64,000 bases of DNA from Vicinamibacterales bacterium (GCA_035693505.1 DASSGK010000567.1:4734-68733), one strand, 5' to 3'. Counted from the first letter of the stretch, positions 45,123 through 54,737 are shown. Notes: generated from the sequence alone by a model not told the origin. Translations and numbers: made by a program.

Positions 45123-45206
45123 GAAGTATGAAGGAAGAAGTTAGAAGTGAGAAGGAAGAACTTTCCCGCTTCCACTTCTAACTTCTTCCTTCTCCCTTCT
45201 ACCTTC
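45123..45206. repeat. GAAGKNA heptamer hairpin immediately after rpoD (probable terminator)
   Basis: Perfect 20-bp stem between GAAGGAAGAAGTTAGAAGTG (45130-45149) and CACTTCTAACTTCTTCCTTC (45173-45192). Both arms are tandem heptamers. The pyrimidine arm runs into the rpoD stop codon. Confidence 0.85.
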
Positions 45207-46989
45207 ATGAAGTGCGTCCTTCGAGGAACGCCCGAAGTTTGCGCGACCGCGACGGATGCCGCAGCTTGCGCAGCGCCTTGGCTTCGATCTGACGGATGCG
45301 CTCGCGCGTGACCGCGAAGCTCTGGCCGACTTCTTCGAGCGTGTGCTCGCTGCCGTCGCCGACGCCGAACCGCATCTTGATGACTTTTTCCTCGCGCGGC
45401 GTGAGCGTCTTCAGCACCGATTCGGTCTGTTCCTTGAGATTCAGGTTGATGACCGCTTCGGCCGGCGACACCACCTGCCGATCCTCGATGAAGTCGCCAA
45501 GATGCGAATCTTCCTCCTCGCCGATCGGTGTTTCGAGCGAGATGGGCTCCTGCGCGATCTTCAGCACCTTGCGGACCTTCGAGACCGGGATGTCCATCCG
45601 CTTGGCGATCTCTTCAGAGGTCGGTTCGCGTCCAAGCTCCTGCACCAGCGCGCGAGAGGTTCGAATCAACTTGTTGATCGTCTCGATCATGTGGACCGGG
45701 ATGCGGATCGTCCGCGCCTGGTCGGCGATCGCGCGCGTGATGGCCTGGCGGATCCACCAGGTTGCGTACGTCGAGAACTTGTAGCCGCGGCGGTACTCGA
45801 ACTTGTCGACCGCCTTCATCAGGCCGATGTTGCCTTCCTGAATCAGGTCGAGGAACTGCAGTCCGCGGTTGGTGTACTTCTTTGCGATCGACACGACGAG
45901 GCGCAGGTTGGCTTCGACGAGCTCTTTCTTCGCCTGCTCGGCCTGGTACTCGCCGCGCAGAATCACGTCGAGCGTCTGCTTCAACTCGTCCGGCGACTGC
46001 TCGAGACTGTCGGTGATGCCCTTGATCTTGAGCTTCAGCTCCTTGATCTGGCGCTGGATGTTCTTCTTTTCCTCGTCCTTCAGCTTCGACTTCTTGTTCT
46101 TCGGGTTCAGCAGCCGCTCGTTCGCGTCGACCTCGCGCTGCACCGCGCGCACGCTCTCGACGGCATCTTTCATGTCCTCGATCAGGCGCCGCTTGACCGA
46201 TTCGGTGAACTCGATCTTCCGGATGTAGTTCGACAGCTCCACCTGCGCGCGCATCGTCTGCCACTTGCACTTGCGGTACTTGCGCTTGTCGCGGCTGGTC
46301 GTGCCTTTCGGCGTCTCCTGGAGCTTCTCGTCGAGTTTCTCGTAGACGGCGCGGGCGCGGCGGACTGCGTCGATCTGCTTCTGCACCTGCTTCGAGCGCT
46401 CGACGATGCGCTCGTCGGTGATTTCCTCGTCGTTGAAGATCACCAGTTCGCGGATCGTGCGGTCGCCGGTGTGCAGCTGGTCGCCCAGGTGGATGACCTT
46501 CTTCGAAATCAGCGGCGTGCGCGAGATCGACTTGATGACCGCCAGCTTGCCTCGCTCGATGCGGCGGGCGATTTCGACTTCGCCCTCGCGCGTCAGCAGC
46601 GGCACGGTGCCCATCTCGCGGAGGTACATCCGGACGGGGTCGTTGGTCTTGTCGAGCGCTCCTGGTGTGAGATCGAGCTCGAGCTCTTCCGCGCCTTCCG
46701 CGGTGCGGTCGATCGGCTTGACGTCGTCGCGCAGATATTTCTGATCGGAGTCGATGACTTCGATGCCCGCGCTGCCGAACGTGTTGAACAGATCGTCCAG
46801 CTCGTCGGGCGACGTGATGTCGGCCGGCAGGAGCTCGTTCACCTCGTCGTAGAGGAGATAGCCCTTCTCCTTGCCGATATTGATGAGCTGCCGAACCTCG
46901 TCGTATTTCTCCTCGATCGAGAGGTGCGGGGCGCCGGGCGCTACGTCAGTTCCTCGATGCGATGGAGTAGGTCTTTTTTCCGCTGCCAT
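45205..46989 (-). CDS. rpoD: RNA polymerase sigma factor RpoD (sigma-70)
   Basis: Regions 1.1 to 4.2 are present ([48 protein letters not shown]; [20 protein letters not shown]). Confidence 0.97.
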   Translation of the reverse strand: MAAEKRPTPSHRGTDVAPGAPHLSIEEKYDEVRQLINIGKEKGYLLYDEVNELLPADITSPDELDDLFNTFGSAGIEVIDSDQKYLRDDVKPIDRTAEGAEELELDLTPGALDKTNDPVRMYLREMGTVPLLTREGEVEIARRIERGKLAVIKSISRTPLISKKVIHLGDQLHTGDRTIRELVIFNDEEITDERIVERSKQVQKQIDAVRRARAVYEKLDEKLQETPKGTTSRDKRKYRKCKWQTMRAQVELSNYIRKIEFTESVKRRLIEDMKDAVESVRAVQREVDANERLLNPKNKKSKLKDEEKKNIQRQIKELKLKIKGITDSLEQSPDELKQTLDVILRGEYQAEQAKKELVEANLRLVVSIAKKYTNRGLQFLDLIQEGNIGLMKAVDKFEYRRGYKFSTYATWWIRQAITRAIADQARTIRIPVHMIETINKLIRTSRALVQELGREPTSEEIAKRMDIPVSKVRKVLKIAQEPISLETPIGEEEDSHLGDFIEDRQVVSPAEAVINLNLKEQTESVLKTLTPREEKVIKMRFGVGDGSEHTLEEVGQSFAVTRERIRQIEAKALRKLRHPSRSRKLRAFLEGRTS

Positions 46990-48713
46990 AAAGTATCAAT
47001 CTCTCGTCCGTGTTGAGTGGCGCCCAGCTCCTGTAGCCGGTCGATTTCCCGTTGAATGGCCGCCCGTTCGCGTTCCCACCTGAGCCGCTTGAGCGCGCGT
47101 GCGCAAGCGGCCGGCGGGGCCTGGGCAATGTCGGTGGCTGCGATGCTCGTGACCAGCTGGGCGTTCACTGTACTTAGACGCTGCAATAGCGTCGACGGTA
47201 AGAGGTCCAGCGGCTCGTCGTGCAGGCTCCGCGCCATTTCCAGGATGTGGCGGCCGGCCAATTCTTCGAGATCTTCGTCGTCCAGCCCGGCGAGCGCCTC
47301 CAGCGCCGCGCTGGTATTGTGGATCAGTCCCCAGATGAGTGCTTTTTCAGCGTGTTTGAGCTGTCCAAACGAGGGCAGCTCGCGGGTGGTGACGACCGTC
47401 TGGCGATTGACGGCCGCCTTCCGGATTTCCGCCCGAACGACGTCCTCTGTAATCCTCGCTTTGTGAGCGATCCGGTCCGCGAATTGGTCTCGTGCGGCAG
47501 CGTCCGGGATCCGCGCCGCGACCGTGAGCATCTTGCCGAGAAACTGGCGCCGGTTGTCGTCGTGGTTGAGGTCAAGTCCTTCCGCGGCCTGGTCCAGCAG
47601 ATATTCCAGGTACGGCCGCGACGCCTTCAATCGATCTCTGTACTGATCGCCGCCCTTGCGCCTGATGAACGTATCGGGGTCTTCGCCCTTGTCCAGCACC
47701 ACGACATTGACGTCAAACCCTTCCGCAACCAGAAGTTCACACGATCGAACCGCCGCCCCGAGTCCTGCCGCGTCGGGATCGAAGCTCAGAACGACCCTCG
47801 AGGTGAATCGCCTGAGCAACTGCGCCTGCTGCGGCGTCAACGCGGTGCCGCACGAGGCGACCGCCGGGGCCGCCTGTGACTGAAACACCTGCGCAAAATC
47901 GAAATACCCTTCGACCAGGACCGCGAACCCGACTTTTCGAATCTGTCCCTTCGTAAGATGTAGGCCGTACAGCAGCCGACCTTTCGAGTAGATCGGTGTT
48001 TCCGGCGAATTCAAATATTTGGGGCCGCCCTGATCCTGGTCCATTTGACGGCCACCGAACGCGATGACCGAACCTGTATCGCGATAGATCGGGACCATCA
48101 GCCGATTACGAAATCGATCGATCACCTCGCCGCTGTCGCGCTGCACGAGCAGACCGCCCTGTAGTAATACGCCTTGCGCGAAGCCCTGTTTCAGCAGCCG
48201 CTGCTTCAATCCGTCACGCGAACCGGGAGCGAAACCGAGGCCGAGCTGGTCGATCGTCTCCTGCGTCACGCCTCGATCGGCGAGCTGCTTGCGCGCGCGT
48301 CCACCGGCTGGTGACGCCAACTGCTCCTTGAAATAGGCGGCGGCAATCTCGTGCGCTTTCAGCAGTCCCTCGCGCAGCGCCGAATCGCGGCGGGCGTCGT
48401 CGCCGCTGCCTTCGACCGGCTCCGGCAGCGCGACGCCGAATTTCTGCGCCAGCATCCGGACGGCGTCCTGGAATCCCACCTTCTCGTGCAGTTCCAGGAA
48501 CTTGAACACGTCGCCGCCCGCGTTGCACCCGAAGCAGTGAAAGAAACCTTTTTCAGGGTTCACGCCGAAGGACGGCGTCTTCTCGTTGTGAAACGGGCAG
48601 AGTCCGGTGTACCGCGTCCCGGAGCGCTTCAGCGGTACGTATTCCTGCACGACCTGCAGGATGTTGGCCTGCAGCCGGAGATCGTCGATGAACGCTTGGG
48701 GAAACAGCGCCAT
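46941..48713 (-). CDS. dnaG: DNA primase
   Basis: Zinc finger [31 protein letters not shown] domain (VLVEGYFD), and a C-terminal helicase-binding region. Start trimmed to [10 protein letters not shown] (ATG at 48713). Confidence 0.95.
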   Translation of the reverse strand: MALFPQAFIDDLRLQANILQVVQEYVPLKRSGTRYTGLCPFHNEKTPSFGVNPEKGFFHCFGCNAGGDVFKFLELHEKVGFQDAVRMLAQKFGVALPEPVEGSGDDARRDSALREGLLKAHEIAAAYFKEQLASPAGGRARKQLADRGVTQETIDQLGLGFAPGSRDGLKQRLLKQGFAQGVLLQGGLLVQRDSGEVIDRFRNRLMVPIYRDTGSVIAFGGRQMDQDQGGPKYLNSPETPIYSKGRLLYGLHLTKGQIRKVGFAVLVEGYFDFAQVFQSQAAPAVASCGTALTPQQAQLLRRFTSRVVLSFDPDAAGLGAAVRSCELLVAEGFDVNVVVLDKGEDPDTFIRRKGGDQYRDRLKASRPYLEYLLDQAAEGLDLNHDDNRRQFLGKMLTVAARIPDAAARDQFADRIAHKARITEDVVRAEIRKAAVNRQTVVTTRELPSFGQLKHAEKALIWGLIHNTSAALEALAGLDDEDLEELAGRHILEMARSLHDEPLDLLPSTLLQRLSTVNAQLVTSIAATDIAQAPPAACARALKRLRWERERAAIQREIDRLQELGATQHGREIDTLWQRKKDLLHRIEELT

Positions 48714-48720
48714 CAGTCGA

Positions 48721-51105
48721 TCATTCCTTGAGCTCCACGACCGTGACGCCGCCGCCGCCCTGTTCCGGGGGCGCTGTTGCAAATCTCGCGACCAACGGGT
48801 GCTGCTGCAGAAAGCCGGTAAGCGCGCGCTTCAACTGACCGGTGCCGTACCCGTGAATCAAACGGATGACGCGTTGATCCGTGAGCAGCGACTCGTCGAG
48901 AAAACGCTCGGCGCGCGTCAACGCTTCATCGACGGTGCAGCCGATCACGTTCAGATCCAGCGCGGTCGTCTCGCGCGGCTGAAGTTCGACGTTGACGTTG
49001 ACGCGAGGCGCAGCCGGCTGGCCTCCGATAATTCGGAGGTCGCGGATGCTCGCGCGCATGCGCTTGCCTCGGACGTCGAGTTCGGCGGTGCCGTCGTGGA
49101 CGGCAGTCACCGTTGCTTCGAGGCCGAGGCCGCCGACTATTACGCGACAACCGACGACGACATGGCTCAAGGCGGAGGGCTGAGGGCTCAGGGCTGAGGG
49201 CTCAGGAATCGCCTCACCGGCGTTCGCGCGCGCCGCGATCGCATCGACGGCGTTGCGCGCGTCGCTGCGTGCCGTGCCGGCGTCGCCGGTCGACACCAGC
49301 CGCGGCGCCTTAGCCATCGCGTCTGCTTTTGCCTTCAGCGCGGCGATGACTTCGTCGATCTCCTTGCGGGCTTGACGCACCTGTGTGTTCAACTCGTCGT
49401 TCAGCCGGCGCTTGAACGTTTCCTCACGCTGGTGCAGCGCGTTCTCGCGGTGCTGCATCCGCGATTCGGCGTCCTTCAAGGTCTCGCGCTCGCGTGCCGC
49501 GAGGCGCTGCTCGTGCTCGAGCGCGCGCATGTCGCGATCGATCTTCGCCAGATGCTCGGCGAGTTGAGCCTCGCGCGCGCTCAGGTTGTCGCGCGCGGCG
49601 GCGACAACGGCGGGGTTCAGGCCAAGCCGCCCGGCGATCTCGAGCGCCAGGCTCCGTCCGGGGCTGCCGTAGATCAACTGGTAGGTCGGCTCGAATGTCG
49701 TCAGCTCGAAACCGAACGCCGCGCTCGCGACGCCCTCCGTCGTTGACGCGTACGTCTTCAGCTGGTCGTAGTGGCTCGTTGCGATCACGGTCGCGCCGCG
49801 GCGCCGGAAGTGATCCACGATGGCCACGCCGAGCGCGCCGCCTTCGATCGGATCGGTTCCCGACCCGACTTCGTCGAGCAGCACGAGCGCAGGCGTGACC
49901 AGCCCACGGTCCATCGACGCAATGTTCGTGATGTGCGCCGAGAAGGTGCTCAGGCTGGCTTCGATCGATTGCTCGTCGCCGATGTCGGCGAACAGCGACC
50001 GGAACACCGGCAGCTGCGACCCATGCGCGGCAGGAATGCGAAGACCGGCCTGCATCATGATGGCGAGTAACCCTGCCGTCTTCAATGCAACGGTTTTGCC
50101 GCCCGTGTTGGGGCCGGTGACGAGCAGGATGGTCGCCGGCGGGATCACCTTGATCGTGACCGGGACAGGGTTTTTCAGCAGCGGGTGTCGGGCCGCCTGC
50201 AGTTCGAAGGCGCCATCGGTTGAAATCCGCGGCTCGGCGCCGTCGATCGACTGGGAGAACCGGGCGCGTCCCTGCCTGATGTCGAGCTCGGTCGCCGCCT
50301 CGATCGTCCGCTCCATCTCGCCGGCGCGGCGTCGGAACGCATCGGTCAGGGCGAGCAGAATTCTCCGGACCTCTTCGGCCTCCTGCTCTTCGAGTGCGAC
50401 GATGTCGTTGTTGATCTCGACGGTGCTCAACGGCTCGAGAAACAGGCTGGCGCCGCTGGTCGACGTGCCGTGAACGATGCCGGGGATGCCGCTGCGATGC
50501 TCGGCCTTCACGAGCAGGACGTACCGGCCATTCCGTTCCGAGACGACCTGATCCTGGAGGTATTTCGCGGTCTCCTTGCCTCGCAGGTACGACTCGAGCG
50601 TGCTCCGCAGGCGCGTCTTCTGCTTGCGGACCCGTTCGCGAATCAGCCGCAACTCCGGGCTGGCGTGATCGACGACCTCACCCGACGGGTCGATCTTCTC
50701 GCGCACTTGAGCCGACTCGCCCTTGAACGACGCGGCGCCCGCAGCGACGGCCTCGAGCAGCGGAAAGGCTTCGGGAGCGCGGCGGATGCTGGCGCGCGAT
50801 TCGTCAATCGAATCGAGAAACGTCGCGAGCCCCAGCAGCCGAAGCGATTCGAGCGCCCGTCCCTGGACCCCGAGCGCCTCGAGAATCGCCGGCAAATCGC
50901 TCGAGGCGCGCAGCGGAAACAGGCCGTGAGCCGTTACGAACCGCACGGTCTCGCTCGTCGCGGCCTGCCAGTCGGCGACCTGCTGCGGATCGGTGGACGG
51001 CGCCAGCCGCGACAGCCGCTCGGCGCCCATGGGCGTTACGGCGAAGCCGGCGACGGCTTCCACAATGCGGTCGAATTCGAGAGCCCGAAGGGCGCCTTGT
51101 TGCAT
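48721..51105 (-). CDS. mutS2: endonuclease MutS2 (MutS domain plus C-terminal Smr)
   Basis: This is the real part of the 1520-aa track ORF, running from MQQGALRALEFDRIV (ATG at 51105) for 794 aa. GPNTGGKT Walker A and Smr domain LIHGYGTGQLK. Confidence 0.9.
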   Translation of the reverse strand: MQQGALRALEFDRIVEAVAGFAVTPMGAERLSRLAPSTDPQQVADWQAATSETVRFVTAHGLFPLRASSDLPAILEALGVQGRALESLRLLGLATFLDSIDESRASIRRAPEAFPLLEAVAAGAASFKGESAQVREKIDPSGEVVDHASPELRLIRERVRKQKTRLRSTLESYLRGKETAKYLQDQVVSERNGRYVLLVKAEHRSGIPGIVHGTSTSGASLFLEPLSTVEINNDIVALEEQEAEEVRRILLALTDAFRRRAGEMERTIEAATELDIRQGRARFSQSIDGAEPRISTDGAFELQAARHPLLKNPVPVTIKVIPPATILLVTGPNTGGKTVALKTAGLLAIMMQAGLRIPAAHGSQLPVFRSLFADIGDEQSIEASLSTFSAHITNIASMDRGLVTPALVLLDEVGSGTDPIEGGALGVAIVDHFRRRGATVIATSHYDQLKTYASTTEGVASAAFGFELTTFEPTYQLIYGSPGRSLALEIAGRLGLNPAVVAAARDNLSAREAQLAEHLAKIDRDMRALEHEQRLAARERETLKDAESRMQHRENALHQREETFKRRLNDELNTQVRQARKEIDEVIAALKAKADAMAKAPRLVSTGDAGTARSDARNAVDAIAARANAGEAIPEPSALSPQPSALSHVVVGCRVIVGGLGLEATVTAVHDGTAELDVRGKRMRASIRDLRIIGGQPAAPRVNVNVELQPRETTALDLNVIGCTVDEALTRAERFLDESLLTDQRVIRLIHGYGTGQLKRALTGFLQQHPLVARFATAPPEQGGGGVTVVELKE
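49165..49206. repeat. Six GCTNAGG heptamers (42 nt, 14 codons) in frame inside mutS2
   Basis: GCTCAAG GCGGAGG GCTGAGG GCTCAGG GCTGAGG GCTCAGG on the plus strand. I checked the codon boundaries against the mutS2 frame; it is translated on the minus strand as PEPSALSPQPSALS. Confidence 0.9.
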
Positions 51106-51138
51106 TTGAGGGGGAACCCTCAATACTACCGTACAGAC

Positions 51139-51226
51139 AGGGGCTAGGGACTGGGGACTAGGGGCTAGAAAAAAAGAAAAAGCGCCTGGCCTCAAGCTAG
51201 CCCCGAGTCCCGAGCGCCCAGCCCCT
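51139..51226. repeat. GGGNCTA heptamer hairpin after larB, overlapping its stop codon
   Basis: The left arm AGGGGCTAGGGACTGGGGACTAGGGGCTAG (51139-51168) pairs imperfectly with CTAGCCCCGAGTCCCGAGCGCCCAGCCCCT (51197-51226). The A-rich 28-nt loop is T-rich on the larB sense strand. Confidence 0.85.
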
Positions 51227-51986
51227 ACAAGTGATTGATCAGCGAGGCAATTGAAGCGGCCCCGAACCCGTTGTCGATGTTGACCACCGACACGCCGGAC
51301 GCGCAGCTGTTCAACATGCCCAACAGCGCGGCAATGCCGCCGAAGCTGGCGCCGTAGCCGATGCTGGTGGGGACCCCGATCACCGGCACGCTGACCAGGC
51401 CCGCGACCACGCTGGGCAGCGCGCCTTCCATCCCGGCGACGACGATGATGACGCGCGCGGCCGCGAGGCGTTCGCGCTCTCCCAGCAGCCTGTGAATACC
51501 AGCCACGCCGACGTCGTACAGGCGGCCGACCTCGTTTCCCATCAATTCGGCGGTGAGCGCCGCCTCTTCGGCAACCGGCAAATCCGACGTCCCGGCGGCG
51601 GCGACGAGGATGGTGCCCCGGCCCGGGCTCACGTCTTGCTGGCGAAGCGTGATGAGAGCGGCATCGGCATGGTAAACGGCACTCGGGACAGCGGCTCGGA
51701 CGGCCTCGTAGGAGGCGCTGCTCGCGCGTGTGACCAGCAGCGTCGAGCCGCGGGCTACGATTTCCTGCGCGATCGCCGCGATCTGGGCCGGCGTCTTCCC
51801 AAGGCCAAGGACGACTTCCGGAAAACCCTGGCGGAGCGATCGGTGGTGATCGACGCGCGCAAATCCCAGATCCTTGAAGGGTTGCGCACGCATCGCCTCC
51901 AGCAGCCGCTCCTTGGCGATCGCCGGATCGAGTGCGCCGGACGCGACCTGATCGATCAGATCCTGGAGCTGTTTGTTTGACGTCAT
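51225..51986 (-). CDS. larB: nickel-pincer cofactor biosynthesis protein LarB (NaAD carboxylase/hydrolase, PurE-like)
   Basis: About 250 aa with a PurE-like C-terminal domain (ILVAAAGTSDLPVAEEA...VIIVVAGMEGALPSVVAGL...VIGVPTSIGYG) and the typical LarB N-terminal extension. Confidence 0.8.
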   Translation of the reverse strand: MTSNKQLQDLIDQVASGALDPAIAKERLLEAMRAQPFKDLGFARVDHHRSLRQGFPEVVLGLGKTPAQIAAIAQEIVARGSTLLVTRASSASYEAVRAAVPSAVYHADAALITLRQQDVSPGRGTILVAAAGTSDLPVAEEAALTAELMGNEVGRLYDVGVAGIHRLLGERERLAAARVIIVVAGMEGALPSVVAGLVSVPVIGVPTSIGYGASFGGIAALLGMLNSCASGVSVVNIDNGFGAASIASLINHL

Positions 51987-52041
51987 CGAATACCCAACAG
52001 TACAATAACTGCTTGTGCCGGTGGGGGTTCCACCTTAAACC

Positions 52042-53538
52042 ATGACGCCAGCTGAAACCCTCACCCTCGCCGCATATTTCTTCGTCGTCATCGTGCTCGC
52101 CATCTACGGATGGCACCGGTACTACCTCGTGTACCTCTACATGAGTAACCGGGACAAAGAGCCGCAACTCGGCCGCCCGCTCGATCCGCTGCCGATCGTG
52201 ACCATCCAGCTTCCGCTCTACAACGAGATGTACGTCGCGGAGCGCCTGATCGACGCGGTGTGCGCGATCGACTATCCGCGGCACCTGCTCGAGATTCAGG
52301 TACTGGACGACTCGACCGACGAGACGCGCAATATCGCCGAGCTGGCCGCCCGCCGCTACGCCGACGAAGGCATCGATATCAAATACATTCACCGTATCGA
52401 TCGCGTCGGATTCAAGGCCGGCGCGCTCGAGGCCGGGCTGAAGATCGCCCGCGGGGAATTCGTCGGCATTTTCGACGCTGACTTCATCCCGACCACCGAT
52501 TTCCTGACAAGGCTGCTGCCGCATTTCGCCGATCCGAAGGTCGGGATGGTGCAGGCGCGCTGGGGGCACATCAACCAGGACTACTCGCTGCTCACGAAGA
52601 TCCAGGCGATCCTGCTCGACGGCCATTTCATTCTCGAACACGGCGGCCGCAACCGCGGCGGGCGTTTCTTCAATTTCAACGGCACCGCCGGCGTGTGGCG
52701 GCGAACCGCAATCGACGAGGCTGGCGGGTGGCAGCACGACACCCTCACCGAAGATCTCGATCTGAGCTACCGCGCGCAGCTCGCGGGCTGGCAGTTCGTG
52801 TTCGTCCCGGGCCTGATTGCGCCCGCGGAAGTGCCCGTCGAAATGAACGCCTTCAAGTCGCAGCAGCACCGCTGGGCCAAGGGTTCCATCCAGACCTGCC
52901 GGAAGCTGCTGCCGCGGATCCTGAAATCGAACCTGCCGATCGGCGTGAAGGCCGAGGCGTTCTTTCACCTGACGGCGAACTTTAACTACATCCTGATGTG
53001 CATCCTGTCCATCCTGATGTTCCCGTCGATGGTGATCCGCTACAACATGGGCTGGTACGAGATGATCCTCATCGACGTCCCCCTGTTCTTCGCCGCGACC
53101 TTTTCGTTCTGCAATTTCTACATGGTGTGTCAGCGTGAACTGCACAAGGACTGGGTGTCGCGCCTGAAGTACGTGCCGTTCCTGATGTCGGTCGGAATCG
53201 GGCTGTCGGTCAACAACACCCGCGCCGTGTTCGAAGCGCTGTTCAACAAGAAAAGCGAATTTACGCGGACGCCCAAGTACCACATCGAAGGCGACGGCGA
53301 CGAGTGGGTCGGCAAGAAGTACCGGCAGTCGGTTGCCGTGCAGCCGCTGGTCGAGCTGGCGCTGGGCCTGTACTTCACGTGGACGGTCTTCTACGCGCTC
53401 GCCAACGGCATCTATGCGACCATCCCGTTCCTGGTCCTCTTCCAGGTGGGTTTCCTCTACACGGGCCTGCTCTCGATCGTGCAGCAGTACGCGAGCTCGG
53501 TCGGTCTTGAAAGTCAGAAGTTAGAGGTTAGAAGTTAG
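52042..53538 (+). CDS. membrane-embedded processive-type GT2 (cellulose-synthase-like / CslA-MGlcDG-synthase-like)
   Basis: N-terminal TM, QLPLYNE, VLDDSTDET, FDADF, TEDLDLSYR and the QQHRWAKG (QxxRW) motif, plus C-terminal TM helices. Confidence 0.85.
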   Translation: MTPAETLTLAAYFFVVIVLAIYGWHRYYLVYLYMSNRDKEPQLGRPLDPLPIVTIQLPLYNEMYVAERLIDAVCAIDYPRHLLEIQVLDDSTDETRNIAELAARRYADEGIDIKYIHRIDRVGFKAGALEAGLKIARGEFVGIFDADFIPTTDFLTRLLPHFADPKVGMVQARWGHINQDYSLLTKIQAILLDGHFILEHGGRNRGGRFFNFNGTAGVWRRTAIDEAGGWQHDTLTEDLDLSYRAQLAGWQFVFVPGLIAPAEVPVEMNAFKSQQHRWAKGSIQTCRKLLPRILKSNLPIGVKAEAFFHLTANFNYILMCILSILMFPSMVIRYNMGWYEMILIDVPLFFAATFSFCNFYMVCQRELHKDWVSRLKYVPFLMSVGIGLSVNNTRAVFEALFNKKSEFTRTPKYHIEGDGDEWVGKKYRQSVAVQPLVELALGLYFTWTVFYALANGIYATIPFLVLFQVGFLYTGLLSIVQQYASSVGLESQKLEVRS

Positions 53539-53543
53539 AAGTG
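53509..53543 (+). repeat. AGAAGTT heptamer array bridging the GT2 stop and the DUF362 start
   Basis: GAAAGTC AGAAGTT AGAGGTT AGAAGTT AGAAGTG. The TAG stop (53536-53538) and the GTG start (53541) both lie inside heptamer units. Confidence 0.85.
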
Positions 53544-54719
53544 AAGGCGTCGAAGTCGAAAGTTGCGGTCATCCGCGTTACTCCCGACACCATCCTTTCA
53601 GACATCGATCGGCTGATCGACCTGGCCGGCGTCTCCACGGCGCTCGCGCCGGGAAAGACGACGATCCTGAAAGACAACATCTCCTGGCACTTTCCGTTTC
53701 CCGCCGCCAACACGACGCCGTGGCAGCTCGAGGGCACCATCCAGGCGCTGGCCAGACGGGGCTACCGCGATCAGGTCTGCGTTCAGAACAAGACCGTCGT
53801 CACTAACGCGTTCAAGGGCGAAGATCTCAACCACTACGTCCCGATCTTCAAGAAGTACGAGATTCCCGTTCTCTACAACTTCAAGGACGAGGACATGACG
53901 TGGGTGCGGTTTCAGCCGAAAGCGCGGATGCGCGTGCTGGATCGCATTTTTCCCGAGGGCATCCAGATCCCCGACTACTTCTTCGGCAAGAACATCGTCC
54001 ACCTGCCGACGACCAAGTGCCACATCTACACGACGACCACGGGGGCGATGAAGAACGCGTTCGGCGGCCTGCTGAACACGCGGCGGCACTACACGCACTC
54101 GTGGATACACGAGACGCTCGTCGATCTTCTCGCGATTCAGAAGGAAATCCACGCCGGGCTGTTCGCGATCATGGACGGGACGACCGCCGGCAACGGCCCG
54201 GGACCGCGCACGATGTATCCCGTCGTGAAGAACGTCATGCTGGCATCGGCCGACCAGGTCGCGATCGATGCGGTGTCGGCCAAGATGATGGGTTTCGATC
54301 CGATGTCGCTGGACTACATCCGTCTCGCGCACGAAGACGGACTCGGCGTCGGCGATCCCAGGGACATCGAGATTGCCGGAGATGTTGACGCCGCGCGCGA
54401 GAACTGGAAGTTTCACGTCGGCAAGAACCTGGTGCGGGTCGGCGGCGGCGATCTGATCTGGTTCGGTCCTCTGAAGCGCTTTCAAAAGCTGTTCTTCCAC
54501 ACGCCCCTGGTCAACGGTTTCATCCTGGCGAGCGACGTCTACCACGACTTCTATCGATGGCCGCTGGTCGACCGCAAGGTGTTCGAGCGCTGGTGCGAGA
54601 CGACCCCCTGGGGGCAGATGTTCCTGCGCTACGCCCAATCCGGACCCCAGGGCGTGCCGATCGACGCGCTCGTTCCGCCCCTCGACACGACGGTTTCCCC
54701 CTCCACGCGAATCCACTGA
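53541..54719 (+). CDS. DUF362-domain protein
   Basis: 392 aa. KVAVIRV...ILKDNISW...TTKCHIYTTTTGAMKNAFGG...DGTTAGNGPGP...ASADQVAIDAVSAKMMGF matches my recollection of the DUF362 family pattern. Confidence 0.7.
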   Translation: MKASKSKVAVIRVTPDTILSDIDRLIDLAGVSTALAPGKTTILKDNISWHFPFPAANTTPWQLEGTIQALARRGYRDQVCVQNKTVVTNAFKGEDLNHYVPIFKKYEIPVLYNFKDEDMTWVRFQPKARMRVLDRIFPEGIQIPDYFFGKNIVHLPTTKCHIYTTTTGAMKNAFGGLLNTRRHYTHSWIHETLVDLLAIQKEIHAGLFAIMDGTTAGNGPGPRTMYPVVKNVMLASADQVAIDAVSAKMMGFDPMSLDYIRLAHEDGLGVGDPRDIEIAGDVDAARENWKFHVGKNLVRVGGGDLIWFGPLKRFQKLFFHTPLVNGFILASDVYHDFYRWPLVDRKVFERWCETTPWGQMFLRYAQSGPQGVPIDALVPPLDTTVSPSTRIH

Positions 54720-54737
54720 ATCGTTCAACCCCATGTA

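Noticed and set aside
44933-45206. tRNA-Met flanks considered as an integration site or genomic-island boundary
   Set aside because: There is no integrase, no direct repeat of the tRNA 3' end, and no compositional island. The flanking genes (rpoD, zinc-ribbon protein/rnhA) are core housekeeping genes.
48721-53283. 1520-aa ORF in the track, which would be a giant protein
   Set aside because: Only the C-terminal 794 aa (from the ATG at 51105) are MutS2. Upstream, the frame runs through the heptamer hairpin, then across larB out of frame (same strand), then antisense through the GT2 gene. That part has Arg/Gly/His-rich nonsense composition and is a high-GC read-through artefact.
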